In this document: piece by piece, positions 12,401 to 24,623 of the stretch | Position numbering within the stretch: the first letter of the stretch is position 1 | Layout: each line of letters opens with the position of its first letter | Origin: Welwitschia mirabilis | Lineage: Eukaryota | Length of the DNA: 50,176 nt | Direction of reading: 5' to 3' | Assembly (NCBI GenBank): GCA_051453625.1 | Contig: JBOZIK010000001.1 | Location: 7,082,965 to 7,133,140, forward strand | The notes under the pieces: model-generated | What the model was told of the DNA's origin: nothing | Databases searched by the model: none | Seen by the model: the letters and a program-made list of their open reading frames with translations, nothing else | Position numbers and translations under genes: made by a program

Positions 12401-13294
12401 TGATAACTCAAAAATTGATGTACATTTTTACTCTCTTTTCTTACTAAAATAAATAAAGAAAATGATAATTATTAGTAAGATGATATGATATATTATAATG
12501 TATTATATTATTCTTATGTATAGCTGATTTTGTTTTGCAGGATAGTTATTCCAATACAAGAATGGTGGACTCTTACTATAAAAAAGAGGAAATAGTTGTA
12601 ATAATTAGATAGGTGGTACAAAAATAAAATAAAAAACTCATTAAGACTATATCTATAAATATGCATTATGGAGGAGATAAGAGGGTCTTTTTGGCAACTT
12701 AGAGAATAGTTGAAAAGTGCATCTATGGCAAACAAGATCATGGTGGAAGAACTGCAAAGTGACTTTCTAGCTACTATACCTATTGTAAAAACATAAGAAA
12801 TGGCTTACTACTGTATTTACTATAATGTAATACAAGATTTATTATTCAAAAAAGGATCTTGTATTATTGTGGATATAATTTGAAAAAGTTACATGCTATT
12901 ATTTTCTTTCTCTTAATATTAATCTTAGCTAGAGTTAATATTGAGATAGTAGATCAATTAGAAATAAGTCATGCACATAATTTGGCTATTTTTTCTCTAT
13001 TCTATTTACTTTCATTTTTCCCACATCCTGTAAATATTTTTCATAGTAAAGTAACTATCAGAATACCATTTTGCCAAGAATAGTCATTCTTGATAAAGAA
13101 TGTGTTCTAATTTACTAAGAAAAGCCTTTATTTCAATTAAAATTAAGAAAATATGACTCCATATAAAATTTAATAATGATTAAGTTCTATATGTGGTAAT
13201 ATAGTTTTCATGTTTTTCTAGTACTTTTGTGATATAAGTTTTCTCTTTATTGTTGAAATTAGTTAGCTATTTTATAGCATTTCCAGTTACATTA
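12401..13294 (+). repeat. 3' LTR of element A (last ~12 bp missing)
   Basis: Starts TGATAACTCAAAAATTGATGTACATTTTTACTCTC after the PPT and is colinear with 17416-18296. Confidence 0.88.
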
Positions 13295-14750
13295 TTGCAC
13301 TCTCCCCATTGCAAAAGTTTTTCTTAAAATAAAGAACCTTTGACTTGAAATTATAAAGAAGAAAATCACTTTCTAGGTGTCATCTAAGGAATGGTTAGTC
13401 TCCAATTTTTCTTTAAATCAAGTGATTCTTAAATGAAATGTAAATGTTGCACAAGTACCATTGTTTTATTTCAATATTTAGGACATTCAAATAAATATAT
13501 CTTTCTTCTATTTATCCTAAAATAATAACTTTTTATAAGAATAAAAGAGCTTGACATTCAAATGATTGCTATAATTTGGNNNNNNNNNNTGGTTAGTCTC
13601 TAATATTTTCTTCAAGCCAAGTGAACATCAAAAGAAAAAATAAATATTGCATAAGCTACTATTTTTTTTTTGCAACATTCAGAACATTTGAATAAATGTA
13701 TCTTTCTTCTACTTATCTTGAAGTAATAAATTTTTGTAAACATAAAAGAGCTTGACATTTAATGGGTTTTTATAACTTGGCATAACAAAAATGCATACTA
13801 GAATAAAAGGTAATTGATGCTTTTAATAAAACATTGTTATTTCATAATATAGCCAATAACAGTTCTTATGTTTTATAATAAAGAGATTTTTAAATAGAAA
13901 GCATAGTTGTTCTTTAAAAGTAGGTAAAGTCAGATAGGTAGAAACCATGATAAAAAAAAGAGAGAGAGAAAGTAGTTAAACTTAATTCCATAAGACCTCA
14001 AAAGTACTAGCTCCTATACTTATTCTTCCTCCTAAACCTCCTTTGGCTAGAAGTTTCTACTATAGAAGCAAATGTAGGCCTATAGGGAGTCTTTAGAATT
14101 CCAATTTATATAGTATAGGCATCCCAAAAGTTCTGGTAGGTTGAGTCATCCCATAGTCCTCATACTTTTAAGTAATCCTTATCAAAAAAAAGAGTAAATA
14201 GACTTAGAACTAGATTGTTACCTTTATTTTAATGTATCCTTCACTCTAACTCTTGTATCTAGCTTGCAAAATCATTCTAGGAAAGAATCATACTTATTTA
14301 ATGCATCGGTTAAGGTAGAACTCAACTCAATGGCCTAGATTCTTAAATATTTTGTGCATAATTAATGTAATATGGGACCAAAACAAGGTGGAATTTTTCC
14401 ATGGCTAAATTGGTTCCTTCCACCCCCTTCGGGTATTTCATCCAAGGCAGTAAACACTTCAAAAACTAAATTATAGGAAAAAAGATTAGGAGTATAAACA
14501 CTTTGCACTAAAATTTGGGAAGAAGTCTTATCTATACTAGTAATGTTCATTTCTATATATAAAGATCCTAGCTAAACAAGTAGCATTTAGACTTCTTTAC
14601 AGGGGTAGGAGTAGTAGCTTGAGTTGGTAGATTATTGGAGTTAGAGACCATTCCTAATTTGGGTATCAACAAAACTTAACTCAGATGATGAAATTTGTAT
14701 TAAGCAGAATTGATCAATGGCATTGTAGTAAATAAACACATAAAAAGCCA
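13295..14750 (+). mobile_element. Family A internal fragment (paralog of 6867-8220, carrying the antisense ORF), with a diverged ~190-bp repeat across the 10-N gap at 13580-13589
   Basis: TTGCACTCTCCCCATTGCAAAAG matches TTGCACTGTCCTCATTGCAAAAG at 6867 and is colinear through the antisense ORF. Confidence 0.85.
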
Positions 14751-14774
14751 TAGTAGAAAAATAGTTATATTTTA

Positions 14775-15440
14775 AAAGAAAAATAAATAGTTATATTACA
14801 AAAAGTACTGAGAAAACATGAAAACTATATTACCACACACAGACTTTAAAATGACTTAAAAACACTATTAAAAAAAGCCTAAAATTTAACTAAAAATGCT
14901 ATAAAGTAACTAAATAATTTTAACAAAATACCTTAGAATAAATAGTTATATTACAAAAGTTTGAAAAAACATGAAAACCATATTACCATATATAGACTTT
15001 AATCATTACTAATTTTTATATGGAGTTCACTTTTTTCTACTTTTGACTCAAATAAAGGCTCTCCTTATTTAATTAGAACACATTCTTTATCAAGAATGAC
15101 TATTCCTAGCAAAATGATATTCTAATAATTACTTTGCTATGGATAACATTTACAATATTTATGGAAATAAAAGTAAATAGAAAAGAGAAAACATATCTAG
15201 ATTATGTGTACCACCTATTTCCAATTCATACATGATCTAAATATTAAATCTAGTTAAGATTAATATTAAGAATAAGAAAATAATGGCATGTAAATTTTCC
15301 AAATTACATACATAGCAATACAAGATTCTTTTTAGAATAAGCCATTTTCTACATTTCCATAATAGGTATAGTAACTAGAAAGCCACTTTGCAACTCTTTT
15401 ACTGTGATCTTCTTTGCCTTAAATTCACTTTCTAGATATT
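14775..15440 (-). repeat. Inverted family A LTR fragments (short 3'-end piece ~14775-14850 and LTR 3' two-thirds ~14871-15440)
   Basis: Reverse complement of ~12705-13294 / 17720-18296, e.g. AAGCCTAAAATTTAACTAAAAATGCTATAAA and CATGAAAACCATATTACCATATATAGACTTTAATCA. Confidence 0.85.
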
Positions 15441-15449
15441 TTACATAAA

Positions 15450-15616
15450 TACATAGGGATTAATCTCAATTCTTACTGCATCACTAATTGTTTCATCCAA
15501 CTTATATTTTTTAGGGTTTTAGACATATTGTCCCTTTTCATCCCTCCATTATCTCTTCATTATTTCAGAAAAAAGGCTAGAAGTTTCCTTTTGATAGTGC
15601 TAAAATGACAAGCTTT
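15450..15616 (-). mobile_element. Inverted family A LTR end + PBS + leader fragment
   Basis: The reverse complement reads GCTTGTCA TTT TAGCACTATCAAAAGGAAACTTCTAGCC...GGAGGGATGAAAAGGGACAATATGTCTAAAACCCTAAA, matching 1174-1360. Confidence 0.8.
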
Positions 15617-15639
15617 TTAGCATTTCTGAGTCTAATCAT

Positions 15640-16078
15640 AAGGTCATCTTTTTGTAAATGATTACTCAATGATTTAGCAATTTTACTTAAATTAGTAATA
15701 AACCTTTTATAATAACCTAAATTACCTAAAAATGATCTCAATTATTTTAGTTTAGTTGGTAAAGGACTTCTTTAATGACATTAATCTTTTGCTCATTAGC
15801 TTTAATTCCTTTGGGTAATATCCTATGACCTAAAAATAATACTTTCAGCTAGCATGAAATGACTTTTAGATCAACTTAGTTTTAAATACTTTTCTTCATA
15901 TCAAGTAAGTATAGCTTTCAGTTTTTTCAAAGATTTTATCGAAATAATTTTCAAAAGTTGAGAAATCATCCATGAAAAAATTAATTAATCTTCTTATCAT
16001 GTCCTAGAAAACACTATTCACTAGCCTCTAAAAAGTGGCTAGTGCATTACATAATCTAAAGGGTAAAACTTTAAAGGG
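15640..16078 (-). pseudogene. pol: Inverted RT fragment of family A
   Basis: Reverse complement of ~4140-4575: FKVLPFRLCNALATF, FFMDDFSTFEN, LRSFLGNLGYYKRFITN. Confidence 0.88.
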
Positions 16079-16094
16079 AGAAAATGCAGCTTAT

Positions 16095-18296
16095 CCACAC
16101 CAACAAAGAAGATTTTTTTAATAATTGTTAAATAATATGACTTAATCCAAGCATTATAATGCTATATATATTGAAAATCAACAAGAATTTATTATATTCA
16201 TGCATAAGAACTCATCCCTTCCATTAAGAAAGTAATATTCAAAGAAAATTTATATGGATTTAAGGGGAATGTATGAAAGTCATATGAAAATTGAAGAAGA
16301 AAATAACAGATATAAACAAAAATGGGTAGAATCTCTAAAGCAAGTATAGATCAATTAGGAAAGAATTGAAATGTAGAAAAGAAATATTACTTTCCTTTGA
16401 GAAAAATTGGAATCAAATTTGTAAGCATCTGCACCAATTGATTATTCTTCACTTAAGTAAAGTTTAATAAAAATGTTGCAAAATGAATTTTTCCAATTAT
16501 AGAAAGAATTATATAAATCGCTTTGCATCAAATACCTCAAATGGATGTAAAAGCTATTGGGCATTAAATATTATACATCATTAAAGAAATCTTGATTCCT
16601 CCCAGCTAATTAGACTTAATTGAGAAACTCAAGAAGGAAAATAATAGGCTACTATATGAAAATAAACTTTTAGAATTCTGATTAGGAAAAATAATAGGAT
16701 TTGAAAATTAGGAATTACAAGTACTAAGGAGTATGCACTTTTATCCTTAAAAACTATATGGTTACTTTGATAATTGTGAAAATGTTATCAATGCTAACAT
16801 ATAAAAGACAGAAGGAGAATGGGAGAAAATCACCTGGGTATTCAACCAAGCCTTAGAGGAGATAGATATTATCAAGGATGAAGTTGATAAAAAACATCAT
16901 TAGAGAACAGTAAGCAAACTCTTCCATGTCTATAAAGGTTTGAAAAAAGACATCTATCTTTTCATAGTTATTGAGCATGATTTAGACTCTTTAAAAGACC
17001 AAAAAAATCAACTTTTAGAATGTATGAAAATGCTCAGAGGAATTTTTGTAGACATTTTATTTAAAATGGAGGTAGAATGGGGAATTTGTGCTGTCCTAAT
17101 CAGGAGTTCTTCTGCATTCAATGAATAAAAAAAAAAACCCCCTCCTTCTTAGCCTATCAAAAGAAAGAAATTTTTGGCTATTAAAAAGGAAAAACAACCA
17201 AAAGAAAAGATGCTAAAGATAGATCCATTTGAATAAGAAAATATAAATTTAAATGATCTAACCCTTTGAAAGAACAAATTGAAGCAATAAAACAACTAAA
17301 AGAAATGAAAAATTCACATGTTGAGATGAAATTAGAAGTAGTAAAAAAAAATAAAATGATAAATAAAATGATGTAAATTGTTAAAGAACTAAAAAATGTT
17401 TAAGTATGGTGAAACTGATAAGTTAGAAATTAATGTACATTTTTACTCTCTTTTCTCACTAAAATGAATGAAGGAAATGATAATTGTTAGTAAGATTATA
17501 TGATATTATTATAATATATTATATTATTATTGCATATAGCTGACTTGGTTTTGTAGGATAGTACTTTCAATACAATAATGGTGGAGCCTTGCTAAAAAAA
17601 GGGCAATAGTTGTAATAATTAGATAGGTGGTACAAAAAGGGATTAAAAAATTCACTAAGACTATACCTATAAATGTACATTATAAAGGAGACAAGAGGAA
17701 CTTTTTGAAAACTTAAAGAATAGCTAGAAAGCCCATTTGAAGAAAAGATATCATGATGAAAGAATTGAAAAGTGACTTCCTAGATACTGTACCTCTTGTG
17801 GAAACATAGGAAATGGCTTATTACTATACTTTCTAGATAGTAATGAAAGATTTATTATACTAAAAAAGATCTTGCGTTTCTGTGTATGTAATTTGAGAAA
17901 GTTAAATGCAATTATTTTCTTTCTCTTAATATTATTCTTAGCTAGAGTTATTATTGAGATAGTGTATAATCTAGCTATGCTTTCTTTATTCTATTTACTT
18001 TCTTCCACATCCTGTAAATGTTGTTTATACTAGAGTAATTATCAAAATACCATTTTACTAGGAATAGTCATTATTAATAAAGAATGTATCCTGATTTAAT
18101 AAGGGGAGCCTTTATTTAAGTTAAAAATAGGAAAATGTAACTTCATATAAAAATTAGTAATGATTAAAGTCTATAAGTGGTAATATAGTTTTCATATTTT
18201 TCTAGTATCTTTTCAATATAAATTTTTATTTTTAAGTATTTTCTTAAAATTAATTGACTATTTTATAACATTTTCAGTTAAATTATAGGCTTTCCA
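16095..18296 (+). mobile_element. 3' end of a second family A copy: extra-ORF C-terminal part, PPT and complete LTR (17416-18296)
   Basis: Colinear with 10830-13294 but lacks ~11235-11515. PPT AAGTATGGTGAAAC; LTR TGATAAG...AGGCTTTCCA, ~880 bp. Confidence 0.88.
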
Positions 18297-19105
18297 ATTG
18301 ATTATTTTGGTAAATGAATAGAAGCATGTCTTATAAATTTAACAATGTACAAACTGTAGTGAATTTCTTTAAAGAAAAAATTCTAATAAGATTTAATTAT
18401 TTTTAAATCTTAACTAGTGGTGGTGGTACTCATTTTTGTAATAAGATATTTAACAATTTTCTCACTAAGCATAGGGTTACTCATAAAGTCACAACTTCTT
18501 AGCATTTTCAAACTAGTAAAGAATTTGAAGTTCCTAATAGAGAAATAAAAAATTAGTAAACTCAACTAGGAAGGATTGGTTTTATAATCTAAATTTCATT
18601 TTTATGGGCTTATTAAAGAGCTTGTGAGACACCATTAGAAATGTCTCCATTTAGGTTAGTCTATGTAAAAGCTTACCATGTACTTATTAAACTTAAACAT
18701 AAGGCATATTAGGTAATAAAAAATATGAATTGAGATTTTGACGTAGAAAGAAAGCAAAGACCTATTTAACTCAATGATTTAAATGAGATAAAAATGATGC
18801 TTAAAAAAATGTAAAGATTAATAAGGAAAGGATGAATAAATTTCATGATTAAAACATCCTTAGAAAAGCATTTTAAGAAGAAGAAATAGTTTTACTTTAT
18901 AACTCAAGATTATATTTATTTCTAGGTAAACTAATTTCTAAGTGAAAAGATCTATACATAATAAACAAGTACCATTGAGTAGTGTATTTTTCATAAAAAA
19001 TTCTAAAGATCATCAAGAATTCAAAGTCAATGGTCATTGGCTAAAACACTATCCTTGACCATTTCCATTAACTTATGAATTCATGAGATCTATAGAACCT
19101 AGTTG
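18297..19105 (+). pseudogene. pol: Integrase core and C-terminus of a different Athila element (D)
   Basis: IDYFGK*IEA starts right at the LTR junction, followed by GGTHFCNKIF..HKVTTS*HFQTS..EVPNREIK, MSPFRLVYVKAYHV, LLYNSRLYLFLGKL and FKVNGHWLKHY (~19020-19051). Confidence 0.9.
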
Positions 19106-21930
19106 ATGGCCTTTTATAAAAATCAATAATAAGTAATCTTTCTACTATTTCAAGTAATGATTATAATTAAGTATACCTATAGTTTTTTCCAGAACTTTAT
19201 GCTTATTTTGAGTATACGTTTAAAATTACATTTACTTAAGATCTTCAAATTTTGGAAAACATGGGTGAAAAATGTTAAATCTATCTTCATATTATGTGTT
19301 TCATTTTGAATTTTTTTTAGGGATTAGATATTTCTTAATTATTCTAATGAGATAATGACCCTCTTATGTTCATAAAACATGAATATGAAAAGAAGAATAA
19401 AAATAAATTATAATACCTCTTCTCCAAAAGCATATTTTATTGATCACTTAAATGGATTTAGTTAATTGCATCAAGGCTATGGACACTCACTAACAATGTA
19501 GCTCCAACGATATACTTATAACATACTTAACTACATTAAGGCTATTGACACTCACTGTAGTACTAATTTAATTATAAAACAACATGCTTAAATCTATTAA
19601 AATAAAATTTTGTAATGCTAGGTGCTCAAGGTAATCCAAAATTCTTAAAATAAGAGAAATATATAATTGTATAAAATTTAAAATTATGGAAAGAAAATGT
19701 AGAAATTGGAAACCTTCTAAGTTCTATTTTATTTAACTTTTATACTTGATATTTTCCACTAATTATTGAATTTTCATAAGTTATTTGGTCAATACAATGA
19801 TTATCTAATATCAAGATTTATTATAAATCACAAACAAATAATAATAAGGTCATTGACTTAGGTATGTTATCTCTTTTATTCATATGTTACATGGCTAAGC
19901 CCCTTCCATATTTCATTTTTCATCCATTTCACTTTATTACTATTTCATAAGAAATAATATCATAAGGCATAATTTTTTTTATTTTGAGTAAGAAATCAAA
20001 TTGGAAGATAAAGATGGTAATATCTCATTAGATAGTTTCCTTTTTCTATATTGTATCTTAGTTACATTACTTTACATCTTTTTCTCTTTCAATAAAAGGG
20101 TATGTTTAGAAAGATATTTCTAAGGATATGTTCTCAAAATTATATTAAAATTTTATATCTTAAAACTTTAAGAACAAAGGTTATTTTTAGTTATGGGGCA
20201 CAATATTTATTCTCACATGATTTTTTTAAGTTTGATGCTTTATCTTTTAAAAATTGGTTAAACTATTTAAAAAATATATATATCATTTCCTTACTTGAGT
20301 ATTTTTCCCTAGAATTTTTCCATGATTAATCATTTATTTATCAACTTTTTAATAAGAGTCTAGCAAATGTCTTATTAGAGATGTATTAACATGCAAATAT
20401 TAACATTCAGATCAAGTTTATTTAATCAACTTGGCTTAAGCAAAGATATTAGAATAATTATTTTATCATAAAATTATGTATTCTACTCTTTTTTACATGG
20501 TTTATGAACTTATTACTTTTTCATTACCTTTTTAGGTTATTTGCTATATTCTAAAGAAAATTCGAAAATTGAACATCATCTAGAAGAAAATGCTAGCACT
20601 ACTATCTAGATCATTAGCACCATCGAGCCTTTAGAGTAAATAGTATAAAAGTTATGTTCTAAATTTTTTCATGGGAAAGTAATAAAATTATAGTTATAAG
20701 CTTAACTAGTTATCACATCGAAAACAACTAATAACTTCAATGACACATGGTAGTGATACGAAAGATATGTGGTACTGACATATGGTAGTTTTAAGTGAGA
20801 TGACATTAGAGACACATGATAATAGCATCAATGAATGGGAGAATTAGGATCCAAAAACCATGTGACAATCTCCACCTAATAAAAGAAATTAAATACTCTA
20901 CCTAAAGCTACATGGCAAGCTTTATAACCATTGCCTACCACTATAAGCTAAGGCTTTCAATCACCTATACCTTATACTTGCATATAAAAGGGCATTATGC
21001 CTTCATTATAAAGGATTTTTTATTGGCAAACATAATAGAAATCCTTGGAGTGTCACAATCACCATGGACTTCTAAGCATTTATTTTGGGAGTGGAATTAT
21101 TTAAAGGCTAGTTTGAAGATTCTATATTAGCATCATCTTCTTCCTTTAATGTAATGTATTTTTTCAATTTGATAAGAGCATAGTTTTTTATTTTGTATTT
21201 CAAGTTGCGAGTATCCTCATAGTTGTAATACTTAAGTAAAACTACATTATTAAGTTTTATTAATAACTAAGCAAATTCCTTTAGTTAGTTAGTTATAGTT
21301 GTTTTTATTTAATGGATTTTGAGTATAGGAGTTCTTACTTACCATACTTATGAAGGGCTTTAATTATAGAAATATTTAAAAAGATAATAATTACCCCAAA
21401 AGTATTTATCTACATCATGCACCCAAAAAAAAAAAAAAAAATAAATTAATTAATCTAAAGATAAAGAATTTCACAAGTAATAAAATAATTAGCTATGTTG
21501 GTGTAAAAAGGATCTGGTAGTAAAGCTATAATATGTTTATTAAGACATGGGTCTTTTGTGAAAACTAAATTTGAAATACATAAGGTGTAAGGCCTAATGT
21601 AAGATAAGTTATTAGAAACTCCATTTTCTACTATTTTCTTATTTTTAATATTAAGATAAAATTCTTGTAAAACAAATATTCATCTTATTGGTCTAGCTTT
21701 AGAATATTTCTTATCCAATAAGTATTTAATAGTAAAATGATTAGTGAAGATAATAACTTTTCCACCTATAAGATATGATCTAAATAAGGCAAAAACTAGT
21801 TAAATTTCTTCATCTATTCTTGTGTAATTCATTTGAAACCTTAAAATTATTTATTTTTATAGTAAATAGTATATTCTTTCTCATCCTTTCATTGACCTAA
21901 AACTACTCCTATAGGATGATAACTTGCATC
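19106..21930 (+). mobile_element. Probable 3' UTR and degenerate 3' LTR (~20450-21930) of element D
   Basis: Follows the integrase and is non-coding. It has a TATA-like CATATAAAAGGG at ~20981 and Athila-LTR-like 3' motifs near 21760-21930. There is no partner LTR in the window, so the ends cannot be confirmed. Confidence 0.4.
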
Positions 21931-21959
21931 ACATAATAATTCAAAAAGAAGAGATCAAT

Positions 21960-22940
21960 AAAAAGGTAGTAATATAGGAGATGAAGTTGGTAGTTTTTTT
22001 TAACTTTTTAAAGGAATCATTACATTTAAGGGTCTAGTCAAAAGAAACATCTTTAATAAAAGAGATTAATCAAGGGATTTAATATTTTAGAGAAGATTTG
22101 AATGAATAACTAGTATGTTTAAGAATATATCCAATGTTTTCAATACTTCTAAAATGGGAATATGAGTAACAAATTTAATTTTAGTATGATTCATTTCCAT
22201 CCCATTCATAGAAATCATGTGTCTTAAAACTATGCCTTTTATAACCATGAAATTAAATTTTTCCTAACTAATAAATAAGGTCTTTCTCTTTAAAACATGT
22301 AATAACAAGTTTTAAATTATAAAAAGATGAGTCAAAATTCTCAACAAGAAGTATAAAATTTATTTATAAGATCTCAACAAATTTTTTAATCATATTAAAG
22401 AAGATACTCATCATGCACTATTAGAATATAGATAGGATAGTACAAAGGCAAAAGGGCATTCTCTTATAAGAAAAAATTCCAAATGGGCATTAAGATTGTA
22501 TTTCTTTGACTATCATGGATAACTGCTATTTGATTGTATTCTAGAAAATGGTAATACTCATTACTTGAGAGTGCCCTAAAATATAATTAATAAAGGGTAA
22601 AAGAAAACGATCCTTACAAGTCATGGTGTTTAAGTTTTTTATAGTAAATGTACATTCTCCATTCTGTCTTTACTCTAGTTAGGATCAATTCATTATTTTC
22701 ATTTTTCACTATCATAGTTCTATAATTCTTCGAAGTAGTTTACGTAAGGATGATAGATTAACTATAAGAGATTAGATAGATACTATTAACATTTAACAAC
22801 TTAATAATTTTCTTTATTACTACTTCTTTAAGTCAAGGGTTAATTTAGTGTTTAAGCTCTCTATTAGGCTCAACATTTTCTTGCATGTGTATTTAATCCA
22901 TGCATATAATATGGTTAATTCCTTTTAGGACATAGATAGT
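21960..22940 (-). pseudogene. pol: RT domain of minus-strand Athila element C (portion downstream of the B insertion)
   Basis: Minus strand: LKGINHIICM..INP*LKEVVIKKIIKLL, KNENNELILTRVKTEWRMY (Athila-type loop), KDRFLLPFI, CPFGIFSYKRMPFCL, FMVIKGIVLRH. Confidence 0.9.
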
Positions 22941-23999
22941 TGTTGTATTGCCAATTTGTGGTTACTTAATGGGATTTTATGAGCTATTTTATAAGACATT
23001 TGCATAGGTTTAGATGCAATTCTAAGGATTTTGGAGAATCAATAGAAGATCTCAGAAATGTGAAATTCTAGCTATGATTTAAGGCATTTAAGAAACATTT
23101 TGATACATAGATCTTTGAAGGAAGTTTACTAATAGAAATGATAGCTTCTCCTTAATGAATGATTAAAGAACAATTTCATCCCCACAATAGGTAGGACGAT
23201 GACACCATTAGATGCTGACATGGTCTGCTAAGTTGACTACTAAGATGCTGCTGAGTCATCTTTTATAATAAGTTGTCATGGCCTATGTCATTCAGATGAC
23301 AGTTAGGATGATGACATTGTAACTAACTCTAATAGCTAACCCTTAACCATTTATTATTTGTAAAAGAATGTGTATTGTAGCATCTTTTGTTCATCATTTT
23401 TTAGTTTGTAGCCCTATAAATCAGTCTCCCTTTGAGTCTCCTCTCTATCTTTATTGCATTATAAATTCTCATGATAGGAGATTAAAGGGCGAGAGATCCA
23501 TCTCGAGAGTTGCAGAAATATGTTCCCTTGGTGAAGGGTTATGCAGCCTCCATTAAGGCCCAGCTATTTTGTAACCTAGATGTTTGGTTCCTATTTAATA
23601 TAAACTCTGCCTTTCTTTATGCATGTTATTTTATTAGATATCTTTATGGTTTATGTTACCCTTGATCTGGTAACAATTTCATTAGTAATATAGATCATTA
23701 AGAGCAGCCTTCATTAAGGCTGAAAGAAAGTAGTTTAGTTTCATTCTACATTGCATTGAGTTAGTTGCATCTTGCATTTGCATTACATCATTTATTTTCT
23801 GCCTTGTTCTTTAATTTTAGTTACTTTACTTTATTGAAAATGAATTCTTATTCTTCTCTCGTGAGTCTTCAATGAGACATAACATTTGGGATCACTCCTA
23901 ACTATATTAGGTGTGATGTATTATGTAAGATATCTATTTCATTTATGAATGATAGGATCTTTTTGAGTATAAACGTTTATACAAATACACATTACAACA
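22941..23999 (+). repeat. 5' LTR of element B
   Basis: TGTTGTATTGCCAATTTGTGG...ACACATTACAACA; colinear with 32674-33745. Confidence 0.92.
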
Positions 24000-24002
24000 A
24001 AT

Positions 24003-24020
24003 TGGCATCATTCTAGTGAA
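24003..24020 (+). promoter_or_regulatory. Primer binding site, tRNA-Asp type (degenerate)
   Basis: TGGCATCATTCTAGTGAA lies 3 nt after the LTR and resembles the Athila PBS TGGCGCCGTTGCCGGGGA. Confidence 0.7.
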
Positions 24021-24623
24021 GGCTATTGAGGATCATGAGGACTATCTTCATTTAGGTGAGCACATCAGATTTATGTTTGGTTATATATCCATAGTGACAT
24101 TGTATTTTAATTAGAAACCATAGGTTTTCTATTTGTAGTTTTATTTTTTTGGTTTTTTCATTTTTTGATTCTTTTTTTTTTTGATTTTTTAGTTTTTTGG
24201 TTCTTAGTTTTTATTTTTTTAGTTTTTTGGTTTTTTAATTCTCAGTTTTTATTTTTTTATTTTTTAGTTTTTTGGCTCTTGATTCTTTGTAGTCTATGAT
24301 AATAGTTATCATCTCCTTTGTTGTCCCCACGACAAGGTGAATGACTGCTTATTTTTCTAATATTTTGCCTTCTATTTTTGGATTTTAGATTGCAGTTTTC
24401 TGAGAGCATAATAATAATTTTGTCATATCCTTTGTCTTTAGATGACTAGGAGGATAACAGTCTGCATGTGTTTTTTCAATTTTGGGCTTTTCGCTTTCTT
24501 AATTTTCTATTTTTTGATTTTTATGTTTGTCATCCCTTCTGTCATTCTTATGACAGTTAGGACGATAGTCTATTATTTTTTAATTTTATTTTCTATTATT
24601 TTCTATTTGTAGGATGTCGTGAT

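Larger units (their letters stand above)
1049..13294 (+). mobile_element. Element A: Athila-lineage Ty3/gypsy LTR retrotransposon, degenerate, 5' LTR truncated
   Basis: Parts occur in the expected order: LTR end (..GGCTTATCA at 1181), PBS (1185), gag-PR-RT-RH-INT, extra ORFs, PPT (AAGTATGGGGGAAA) and a TG-starting 3' LTR at 12401. The 3' end of that LTR matches 1049-1170. Confidence 0.88.

Noticed and set aside
19473..19556. Short direct repeat AAGGCTAT(G/T)GACACTCACT, twice
   Set aside because: Only two copies in a retroelement 3' UTR, with no supportable function.
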